Source: Candidatus Latescibacterota bacterium
GTDB lineage: Bacteria > Latescibacterota > UBA2968 > UBA8231
Length of the DNA: 64,000 nt
Direction: 5' to 3'
NCBI GenBank assembly: GCA_965206595.1
Contig: OZ242214.1
Span: forward strand, 1,056,001-1,120,000
The notes under the pieces were generated by a model, which was given only the letters and a program-made list of their open reading frames with translations, made no database searches and was not told where the DNA came from. The position numbers and the translations under genes were made by a program. Below, piece by piece: positions 8,958 through 17,301 of this stretch (positions are counted from its first letter, which is position 1; each line of letters starts with the position of its first letter).

Positions 8958-11189
8958 TCAGGCCGGGGGCAGGTCCGGGTCGTCAACGCGCGTGACCTCG
9001 TTGATTCCCTCGAGCTTGGAAAGCCCCTTGATCATCGACTGCAACTGGCGCGCGTCGGTTACGTCGAGCTCGAACTTCCCCACGACCCGGTGCAGCCGTG
9101 TGTGGCTTGCGGCGCTGCGGATGTTGGCGCCGGCCTCGCTGATCACCCGGGTTATCTCCGTCAGCAGGTAGGTGCGGTCGGTTCCGGTGATGCCCAGCTG
9201 CACGTGGAACGACTGCTCCTCGTCGACGTCCCACTCCATCACTGTGACGCGGTCCGGGTCCTCCGCTACGTCGGCCATGTTGGGGCAGTCGGTGCGGTGG
9301 ACGGTGATCCCCCGCCCCTTCGTTATCAGGCCGACGATGCGGTCTCCGGGAATCGGGGAGCAGCATTTCCCGAAGTGGATCATCATGTTGTCCAGGCCCT
9401 GGATGCGAATCCCGCTCAGGTCGCGGAACAGCGGGCGGATGCGCCGCTTGGGACGCTTCGGCACGAGGCGGTTGACGACTCCGCTCACCGACAGTTCGCC
9501 GCTGCCGACCGCGGCGTAGAGATGCTCGCTGCCGGCCAGCCCCAGCTCTTCGGCGAGTTCGTCGAGCGACTCGCTGCGCACGGAGTGGCGGTACTTCTTG
9601 AGCTCCCGCTCGAGGATTTCCTGCCCAAGGCGCACCCCGTGGGAGAACCTCTCCTCGCGCAGCCAGCGGCCGATCCAGTGGCGCGCCTTGCCGGTCTTGA
9701 CCATGTCGAGCCAGCTGCTGGTAGGGTGCTGGTGCTGCGAGCTGATGATCTGGACCGAATCGCCGCTGTGGAGCTCGGTTCCGAGCGGCACGATCTGCCC
9801 GTTGACCTTCGCCGTCAGGCAGTGGAGGCCGATGTCGGTGTGCACGGCGAAGGCGAAATCGATGGTCGTCGCCCCCCTGGGCAACTGCAGCAGGTCGCCC
9901 TCCGGGGTGAACACGTAGATCTCGTCCCGGTAGAGCTCGACCTTGAGGTTCTCGAGGAACTCCATCGGGTCGGCGGCTTCCCGCTGCCAGTCGAGCACCT
10001 GACGCAGCCAGCCGATGCGCTGGTCGTTTTCGACCTCCGTCGGCTGTCCGGACTTGTAGCGCCAGTGAGCGGCGATGCCGATCTCGGCGGTCTGGTGCAT
10101 CTCCCGGGTGCGGATCTGGACCTCCACCGGGCGTCCGTCCGGTCCCACCACCGAGGTGTGCAGGGATTGGTACATGTTGGTCTTGGGCGTGGCGATGTAG
10201 TCCTTGAAACGGTCTGAGATCGGCACGTACAGGCTGTGCACGAGGCCTAGCGTCGTGTAGCAGTCGCGCACCGACTCGACGAGAATGCGCACGGCGCTGA
10301 GGTCGTAGATCTCCTGGAAGGTCGTTCCCTGCGTCCTCATCTTGTTATAGATGCTGTAGAAGTGCTTCGGCCGGCCGGTGATCTCGGCGTCGATCCCGGT
10401 CTTGGCGAGGTCGGCCTCGATCGGGGCCTTGAACTCTTCGATGTAGACCTCGCGCTGCTCCCTCTTCATCGCCACCTGCCGCCGGATGTCGACGTACATC
10501 TCCGCGTCGAGGTACTTGAGACTCAGATCCTCGAGCTCCCGGCTGATGCGGGCGAGACCGAGCCGGTAGGCCAGCGGGGCGTACACGTCGACGGTCTCGC
10601 GGGAGATCCTTCTCTGCTGCTCGGCGTCGACGTGGTCGAGGGTGCGCATGTTGTGCAGCCGGTCGGCGAACTTGACGAGGATCACCCGCAGGTCCTCGAC
10701 CATCGACAGCAGCATCTTGCGGTACGATTCCGCCTGGCGGGCTTCACGGCTCTGGTACTGGAAGCGCTCGATCTTGGTCACCCCGTCGGTGAGGGCGGCG
10801 ATCTTGGGGCTGAACTCCCCCGCGACCTCCTCCAGGGTGACCGAGGTGTCTTCGAGCACGTCGTGCAGCAACCCGGAGGCCACCGTCGTCGAATCGAGGC
10901 GGAGCTGCGCGAGGATGCGGGCGACCTCGACGCAGTGCTGCATGAAAGGGCGCCCCGACATGCGGGTCTGGCCGGCGTGCTTGTCGCTGGCGTAGCGGTA
11001 GGCGCGCGCGATCAGATCGAAATCCGCCTGCTCGTTGATGGAGGCGACCTCGATCAGCAGCATCTGGAGTTCGAGCTCGCTCGTCTCTTCGAGGACCTCG
11101 TCGAGACTGCGCAGCCGGTGCGTCGCCGCGGCCGGGGCCCCGTTCCCGGCGGACTCGGGGGTTTTTGCGATTTCGGTCAGTTCGCTCAT
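8958..11189 (-). CDS. rel: Bifunctional (p)ppGpp synthetase/hydrolase RelA/SpoT
   Basis: HD hydrolase LLHDVLED, ADRLHNMRTL, synthetase GRPKHFYSI / YQSLHT / EVQIRT, then TGS, ZFD (CCSPIPGD) and ACT domains. Confidence 0.96.
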   Translation of the reverse strand: MSELTEIAKTPESAGNGAPAAATHRLRSLDEVLEETSELELQMLLIEVASINEQADFDLIARAYRYASDKHAGQTRMSGRPFMQHCVEVARILAQLRLDSTTVASGLLHDVLEDTSVTLEEVAGEFSPKIAALTDGVTKIERFQYQSREARQAESYRKMLLSMVEDLRVILVKFADRLHNMRTLDHVDAEQQRRISRETVDVYAPLAYRLGLARISRELEDLSLKYLDAEMYVDIRRQVAMKREQREVYIEEFKAPIEADLAKTGIDAEITGRPKHFYSIYNKMRTQGTTFQEIYDLSAVRILVESVRDCYTTLGLVHSLYVPISDRFKDYIATPKTNMYQSLHTSVVGPDGRPVEVQIRTREMHQTAEIGIAAHWRYKSGQPTEVENDQRIGWLRQVLDWQREAADPMEFLENLKVELYRDEIYVFTPEGDLLQLPRGATTIDFAFAVHTDIGLHCLTAKVNGQIVPLGTELHSGDSVQIISSQHQHPTSSWLDMVKTGKARHWIGRWLREERFSHGVRLGQEILERELKKYRHSVRSESLDELAEELGLAGSEHLYAAVGSGELSVSGVVNRLVPKRPKRRIRPLFRDLSGIRIQGLDNMMIHFGKCCSPIPGDRIVGLITKGRGITVHRTDCPNMADVAEDPDRVTVMEWDVDEEQSFHVQLGITGTDRTYLLTEITRVISEAGANIRSAASHTRLHRVVGKFELDVTDARQLQSMIKGLSKLEGINEVTRVDDPDLPPA

Positions 11190-11375
11190 TCAATCTTTCC
11201 GTCGACCCTCAATATACCGAACCGAGGTCCCCCGACAAAGGGGGAAGTATCGCATAATGAACAGGAACAACAGGTTACGCCGCCCGTGAGCACAGGAGAT
11301 GGAATGGACCGCAAGGCTCCGCCCGTACATTATTCCGAGCGCGGATCACAGCCATTACCGGGTAAGCTGCCGAGT

Positions 11376-11777
11376 ATGCGAGACTGGTTCGAACTGAGGA
11401 GGATACTGACCGCCGGGGACGTCGCCCTGATGCTGGCCGTCGCCGCCGGGGCCTTGCTGGCGGCGTGGCGGCAGCCGCCGGCTGTCCAGGCGGCTTTCGC
11501 CCTGGTCGAGGTCGAAGGCAGGGAGGTGGCGGTCTATCCGCTGGCCAGCGACGGGAAGCACGTCCTGGAGGGCTGCAGCGGGGAGGTGGTGATCGAAATC
11601 CGCGATGGCGCCGCCCGTTTCGCCGAAGCCGGGTGCCGCAACCGGATCTGCGTCCTCACCGGGTGGATCGGGCGGCCCGGGGAGATCGCCGCCTGCGTGC
11701 CGAACGGGATGGTGCTGCTGCTGCGCGGGGAGGGGCCCACCAGGCGGCCTGGCGGCGTCGACGCCTTCAGCGGCTGA
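11376..11777 (+). CDS. NusG domain II-containing membrane-anchored protein (DUF1312-like)
   Basis: N-terminal TM then AGCRNRICVLTGWI...IAACVPN Cys pattern; directly upstream of a Gx-family gene, its usual partner. True start is the ATG at 11376 within the long ORF 10362-11777. Confidence 0.8.
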   Translation: MRDWFELRRILTAGDVALMLAVAAGALLAAWRQPPAVQAAFALVEVEGREVAVYPLASDGKHVLEGCSGEVVIEIRDGAARFAEAGCRNRICVLTGWIGRPGEIAACVPNGMVLLLRGEGPTRRPGGVDAFSG

Positions 11778-11790
11778 GCGGGTGCCCTCG

Positions 11791-12294
11791 ATGTCCGCCA
11801 GAGAGCTGACGCGGCTCGGCCTGCTCGCCGGCGCCGGCCTGATCCTCTTCCTGCTGGAGGCCGTGGCGCCCCGGCCCCTCCCGTGGATGAAGCTGGGGCT
11901 CGGGAACCTGCCCGTCGTCGTCGCCCTCGACCTCTTCGGGGGCGGGGCGGCCATCGCGGTCGCCGTGGTGAAGATCTTTGCCGGCGGCCTGGTCAGCGGC
12001 GGTTTCGCCAGTCCGGCTTTCGCCATCGGCGGCGGGGCGGGAATCGCCAGCGTCGCCGCCATGGCCCTGGCCAAACGGGTGGCTCCGGGTCTTTTCAGTC
12101 TGGTAGGTCTCAGCGTTCTCGGAGCGGTCACCCACCAGCTGACCCAGCTGCTGATCGCCCGTGTCTATCTCAATCACCCCGGCCTGCTCAACTTCCTGCC
12201 GCTGTTCATGCTCACGGGGCTGGTCAGCGGCTTAGCGATCGGCATGATCGCCCACTGCTGCGCCGCCCGGCTGCGCCGTCTCGACTGGAGCTGA
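11791..12294 (+). CDS. Gx transporter family / heptaprenyl diphosphate synthase component I-like membrane protein
   Basis: LEAVAPRPLPWMKLGLGN and SVLGAVTHQLTQL motifs; about 5 TM segments. Confidence 0.85.
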   Translation: MSARELTRLGLLAGAGLILFLLEAVAPRPLPWMKLGLGNLPVVVALDLFGGGAAIAVAVVKIFAGGLVSGGFASPAFAIGGGAGIASVAAMALAKRVAPGLFSLVGLSVLGAVTHQLTQLLIARVYLNHPGLLNFLPLFMLTGLVSGLAIGMIAHCCAARLRRLDWS

Positions 12295-12330
12295 CGGTGC
12301 CGGAGGCACGGGCTGCGGATTCGTTAGCGA

Positions 12331-12360
12331 TTGCCAGAAAGGATTAATCTCCTTTATTTG
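12331..12360 (+). promoter_or_regulatory. Candidate sigma70-like promoter with an AAAGGA-N6-TCCTTT inverted repeat in the spacer
   Basis: TTGCCA at 12331-12336, weak AT-rich -10 near 12354-12360, inverted repeat at 12338-12355; lies about 120 bp upstream of the 1594-aa gene. Confidence 0.4.
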
Positions 12361-12478
12361 TGCGGTTGAGCCGGCGCAGAAATCCGAATCCCGAGCGGCA
12401 TCTGACCGAAAGATCGGCAACGCTCCACAACCTCCGCGTTCGTTCGCAAGGCCTCCGACAAACCATCTTCCCAAGCGC

Positions 12479-15400
12479 ATGAGAATACGACCCGTCAGCG
12501 CGCTCACGGCTTTACTAGGCAGCGCTATCCTGGGGTCGAGCCCGCCCCTGTACGCGGAAGTCGATTTCAGGGGGCTCGAGCGGCTGGCCCCGAAGCAGCG
12601 TCTCGAAGAGACCGTCCAGTATCTCTCCGGTCTCGGCTCGCGCGTCGCCGGGTACCCCGGCGCCGAAGCCGCCGCCCTCTACATCCAGCAGCAGTTTCGC
12701 GACATCGGGCTGGACGGGATCTCCTTTCAGACGTACGACATCTCCATCCCGGTAGAGAAGGGTGGATTCATCGAGCTCGCCGGAGGGGATGCCGGGCGTT
12801 TTGCGATTCACGGACTGTGGCCCAACCTCGTGCGCACCTCCACGCTTCCCGACGGCGGCATCGACGCGAAGCTCGTGTACGGCGGCACCGGGGAATTCCC
12901 CGAGCTCTCCGGCACCGGGATCGAAGGTTCGGTCGTCCTTCTCGAGTTCAACTCCGGCGACAACTGGCTCAACTGTGCCTACCTCGGCGCCGCGGCGATT
13001 CTTTTCGCCGAGCCGGACTCGACTGTCTATCTCGAGGGGGAGAAGAAATTTCTCACCATGCCGCTCGACATGCCGCGCTTCTGGATCGCCAAGGAGGCCG
13101 CCGAGAACCTGCGCGGGCGGCTGGAGGAGGGCGGGTCCCTGCCGGTGCACCTCGAATACCGCATGGACTGGGAACGCCGGCCGGCCTGGAACATCCTCGG
13201 CGCCATTCCGGGGTACGACCCGCTCCTCAAGGAGGACACCATCGTCCTCGAGTCGTACTACGACGCCATGTCGGTGGTGCCGGCGCTGGCTCCGGGGGCC
13301 GAGCAGGCGGCCGGCATCGCCGCCCTGCTCGAGCTCGCAAGGTACTTCCGCGACAATCCGCCCTCGCGGACCGTGGTCTTTCTGGCAACGTCGGCGCACC
13401 ATCTCGCCCTTCGCGGCGTAGACGATTTCATCCAGCGCTACCTGCGCAAGGAAGACCCGTTCATCGATCGCATGGTCGTTCGCAGGGTCGTCGAGGCGGC
13501 GCTGGCGAGAGGCTTGATAGAGTCGGAGGGAGTCACCTACCGGCTGGGCAGCCTCGAGTTCCACGGCAAGGAGGGACTGATCCGTGAGATCGCCGACAAC
13601 GACACGATCCTGGTCCGTTCCGTCCTGAAGGCCGCCCTCGAAGAGGAGGACGCGGTGCGGCGGGAAGGGGACCGTTTCCTCGTCGCCGATGAATCCTTCT
13701 CCAGCCTCGAGAAGCTCGAAGCGGAGCTCGCCGACGACGAGGACCTCAGGCTCGCCTTTTACAAGGAATGGGTCAATCCCAAGGTCGATTCCCTCGGCGT
13801 GAAGCTGTTCGTCAGCCTGGACCTGTCGACGCAGACCGACGAGCTCGGCGTCTGGAACAGCAACACGAGCTTCTACTACAAGCGCTACTTCGCCCCCTTC
13901 GGCAAGAACTTCATGTCGTACGCCCGTGTCCTGAGCCGCGAGCTGGGGTACGACGACCGCGACATCCTCGTCAACGGCATCAGCCCGGAGGGCGGCAAGA
14001 GCTGGGAGACCTTCGTTCCCGGCGAGATTTCCGTGAACAGCGAGCTCGTCCTCGACACCGGCACGCCGGCCCTGGCCTTCGTCACCGTGAACGACGCCCG
14101 CTTTCTCGTCGACACCCCGCTCGACCGCGCCTCCGAGGTCAACCACGAGAACCTGGCGCGCCAGATCAGGGCGCTGGCCGGGATGTTTCACATGGCCTTC
14201 GAGGACCCGGAGCTGTTTCCCGATTTCAAGATGCGCCTGAAGGACACCATGCGCACCCTGAAGGGCAGGACGATGGTCTTCCCGAGGCGCAGCATCGTTC
14301 CCGACCTGGCGCGGCCCGGGGCGGTAGCCTCTGTCCGCAACGGCAAGAAGAAGTCCTACAAGGGGGTGCGGGGAGAACACTTCGAGGTGGTCGACTCCGA
14401 CGGCGCCTTCTACGACAACCGCATCCGCGTCAACTCCGTGCAGATCGAGGGGTACTTCATGGACCCGGCCACCGGCAGCGTCACCTACGCGCCGGACCGC
14501 GGCGAGCAGGGGGACGGGTCCTACCCGATGAAGATCTCCATGGACTGGCGCGACAAGCAGTGGATGGTGGTGCTGTTTCCGTGCGAGTCGTTCAACTTCT
14601 ACGACATCGTCGACCCGCGCTACCTCACCAAGCTTTCGCAGGTGACGATCTTCGACGAAACCAACACGACGCCGGTCGAGTACGGGTACACCATCGGAGA
14701 GGGCCCCTCCGCCAGGGGCGAGCCGGTGGGGGTGCTGTTCGCCCGCCCCGGGACCATCATCAAGCTCGGCTTCGGCGCCAGCATCCTCGGGTTCCGTTCC
14801 CTGCTGCTCAACTCCGAGTCGGCCGACGACATGGACCGCGCCCTCGGCGCCGGGTTCGCGATCCAGCCAGGGACCTCGTTCGCGCGCACCTCGTACCGCT
14901 CCGCCAGGGACATGTGGACTCTCGACGAGGCCCGCATGCGGGAGCTCAAGAGCTTCGCCATCGAGAACCAGCGCCTCAACGCCCTGCACGATCGCGCCGA
15001 GGAGGAGCTCGAAAAGGCGGAGCTGGCACTGGCATCGAAGGAGTGGGGAGAATTCGTCAAGTACACGCGCGCCGCCATCGGCCTGGAGTCGCGCGCCTAT
15101 CCCGACGTCAAGTCGACGCAGAACGACGTCATCCGGGGCATCATTTTCTTCATGGCCCTGGTCCTGCCCTGCGCCTACTTCGCCGAGCGCCTGCTGATCA
15201 CCGCGGCGACGATCAAGAATCAGATCCTGGGATTCGGGAGCATCTTCCTCGTCATCTGGATCATCCTGTCGGTGGTGCACCCGGCGTTCCAGCTCTCCAA
15301 TCCCTTCGTGATCCTGCTCGCCTTCGTGATCCTGACGCTGGCGGTGCTCGTCATCTGGCTCATCTCGGGCCGCTTCAACGAGCAGATGAAAAAGCTGCGC

Positions 15401-17263
15401 ACCGAGGTGGCGGTGATTCACGACACCGACGTATCCCGTTCCAGCGCCTCCCTGACCGCCTTCCTGCTCGGCATCTCCAACATGAAGCGGCGCAAGCTGC
15501 GAACTGTGCTCACCTTCACGACCCTGCTGCTGCTGACCTTCACGGTGCTCTCCTTCACGTCGATCCAGACGTCGTTGCGCTTCAATCAGATCGAGCGCGA
15601 CAACGAGGGCCTCTACGAGGGGATCATGATCCGCAGCAAGGCCTGGACCCCTCTCGAGGAGTCGGTGTACGAGTATGCCCTGAGCCACTTCGGCGACCGC
15701 GCCGTGGTTGCGCCGCGCAGTTGGTACGACAACAAGACCAAGGCCCACATCAAGATGAAGCGCGGCGTCGGCAGGCATAACGCCCTCGGGGTGCTCGGCC
15801 TGACGCCGCATGAGAGCGAGATCACCGGCCTCGACCGCGCCCTGATAGCGGGGCGCTGGTTCCGGCCCGGGGAGGAAAAGGTCTGCATCATTCCCAACGA
15901 CATGATCGGGACGACGCAGGACAAGCTCGACATCGACCTCGCCGCGGTAAATGTCGGCGAGGGGGTCGAGATCCGGGTGTTCGGCGATCAGTTCAGGATC
16001 GTCGGAGTGATCAGCTCGAAGAAGATGAAACAGCTGAAGGATCTCGACGACGAGATGATGACGCCGGCCGACTTCGCCGTCACCGGCGGCCAGGCGGTGC
16101 AGGAGATGGCGGAGGAGGAAAAGCGGGAGAAGGAGGGCCTCGAGGACGCCAAGGTCGTTATCAAGCCGTTCGTCCACCTCGAGCCGGCCAACACCCTGAT
16201 CGTTCCCTACAACACTTTGCGCAACATCGGCAGCGGTAACCCGCTGCAGTCGGTGGCGGTGCGCTTCGAGGACGAGGACGTGTCCGTGCGGCGCGAGATC
16301 GAGGAGTTCCTGTCGCGGCTCGCGGTCACCCTTTTCGCCGGAGTTCAGGAAGAGGGTGACGAGTACGTCCGCGTCTCCATCTACAGCTCGCTCGGCATGA
16401 CCTCCCTTTCGGGTATGGCCAACCTGTTCATTCCGATCCTGATCGCCGCCCTGATCGTGCTGAACACGATGATGGGGAGCGTGTACGAGCGCTTCCGCGA
16501 GATCGGCGTCTACTCGTCGGTCGGGCTTGCCCCGGCCCACATATCCTGGCTGTTCATGGCCGAGTCCTGCGTGTACGCCGTCCTCGGAGTGGTCGCAGGA
16601 TACCTCGCCGGACAGATCACGGCGACGACGCTGATCAAGTTCGATCTGGTCGCCGGCTTCACCCTCAACTACTCGTCGCTGTCCGCGGTGATGTCCTGCA
16701 TCCTGGTGATGGCCGTGGTCATGCTGTCGACGGCGTATCCGGCACGCAAGGCCTCGCAGATGGCGGTACCCGACGTCACCCGCAAGTGGCGACTGCCGCC
16801 GCCGTCGGGGGACGAGTGGCATTTCGAGTTTCCGTTCACGGTCAGTGGGCACGACGTCATCGGGCTCAGCGTATTCCTTATCGGCTACTTCGACTCGTAC
16901 AGCGAAGAGTCGATCGGCACCTTCTACACCGACGGGGCCAGCCTGCGGCGTTTCGACTCTGAGCACGGCGAAGGTTACTCGATCGACATGAACATCTGGC
17001 TGGCGCCCTTCGACCTCGGGGTGAGTCAGCACGTCGTCATCCGGGCCAACCCGGAATCCGAGCACAACATCTACTCGATATCGCTGGACATCCGCCGCCT
17101 CAGCGGCGAGGATGCCTCCTGGCGGCGGGTCAACCAGCGCTTCATGAACGTCATCCGCAAGCAGTTCCTGATCTGGCGGACGGTCGACGCCGAGGCCAAG
17201 GACTCGTACCGCGGTCAGGGGGTCGAGATCCTCGCGGGTGAGCGCACCGAGGTATCGGCTTAA
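12479..17263 (+). CDS. Exported M28-fold (PA-containing) peptidase-like domain fused to a MacB/FtsX-like permease
   Basis: Signal peptide; SRVAGYPG, PA-like insert, NILGAIPG, GIAALLELAR (M28 scaffold). TM cluster near aa 890-1030 with SNMKRRKLRTVLT (MacB N-terminal motif), a MacB-type periplasmic domain, and FtsX motif SVYERFREIGVYSSVGLAP...AYPARKAS. Confidence 0.85.
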   Translation: MRIRPVSALTALLGSAILGSSPPLYAEVDFRGLERLAPKQRLEETVQYLSGLGSRVAGYPGAEAAALYIQQQFRDIGLDGISFQTYDISIPVEKGGFIELAGGDAGRFAIHGLWPNLVRTSTLPDGGIDAKLVYGGTGEFPELSGTGIEGSVVLLEFNSGDNWLNCAYLGAAAILFAEPDSTVYLEGEKKFLTMPLDMPRFWIAKEAAENLRGRLEEGGSLPVHLEYRMDWERRPAWNILGAIPGYDPLLKEDTIVLESYYDAMSVVPALAPGAEQAAGIAALLELARYFRDNPPSRTVVFLATSAHHLALRGVDDFIQRYLRKEDPFIDRMVVRRVVEAALARGLIESEGVTYRLGSLEFHGKEGLIREIADNDTILVRSVLKAALEEEDAVRREGDRFLVADESFSSLEKLEAELADDEDLRLAFYKEWVNPKVDSLGVKLFVSLDLSTQTDELGVWNSNTSFYYKRYFAPFGKNFMSYARVLSRELGYDDRDILVNGISPEGGKSWETFVPGEISVNSELVLDTGTPALAFVTVNDARFLVDTPLDRASEVNHENLARQIRALAGMFHMAFEDPELFPDFKMRLKDTMRTLKGRTMVFPRRSIVPDLARPGAVASVRNGKKKSYKGVRGEHFEVVDSDGAFYDNRIRVNSVQIEGYFMDPATGSVTYAPDRGEQGDGSYPMKISMDWRDKQWMVVLFPCESFNFYDIVDPRYLTKLSQVTIFDETNTTPVEYGYTIGEGPSARGEPVGVLFARPGTIIKLGFGASILGFRSLLLNSESADDMDRALGAGFAIQPGTSFARTSYRSARDMWTLDEARMRELKSFAIENQRLNALHDRAEEELEKAELALASKEWGEFVKYTRAAIGLESRAYPDVKSTQNDVIRGIIFFMALVLPCAYFAERLLITAATIKNQILGFGSIFLVIWIILSVVHPAFQLSNPFVILLAFVILTLAVLVIWLISGRFNEQMKKLRTEVAVIHDTDVSRSSASLTAFLLGISNMKRRKLRTVLTFTTLLLLTFTVLSFTSIQTSLRFNQIERDNEGLYEGIMIRSKAWTPLEESVYEYALSHFGDRAVVAPRSWYDNKTKAHIKMKRGVGRHNALGVLGLTPHESEITGLDRALIAGRWFRPGEEKVCIIPNDMIGTTQDKLDIDLAAVNVGEGVEIRVFGDQFRIVGVISSKKMKQLKDLDDEMMTPADFAVTGGQAVQEMAEEEKREKEGLEDAKVVIKPFVHLEPANTLIVPYNTLRNIGSGNPLQSVAVRFEDEDVSVRREIEEFLSRLAVTLFAGVQEEGDEYVRVSIYSSLGMTSLSGMANLFIPILIAALIVLNTMMGSVYERFREIGVYSSVGLAPAHISWLFMAESCVYAVLGVVAGYLAGQITATTLIKFDLVAGFTLNYSSLSAVMSCILVMAVVMLSTAYPARKASQMAVPDVTRKWRLPPPSGDEWHFEFPFTVSGHDVIGLSVFLIGYFDSYSEESIGTFYTDGASLRRFDSEHGEGYSIDMNIWLAPFDLGVSQHVVIRANPESEHNIYSISLDIRRLSGEDASWRRVNQRFMNVIRKQFLIWRTVDAEAKDSYRGQGVEILAGERTEVSA

Positions 17264-17301
17264 GGGGCAGCGGTCAAGGGAGCGAGCGAAGGGAACCTCA
17301 A

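Noticed and set aside
12515-17065. 1516-aa antisense ORF opposite the M28/FtsX gene
   Set aside because: In-register shadow of a strongly GC3-biased gene; no recognisable motifs; composition typical of antisense translations.
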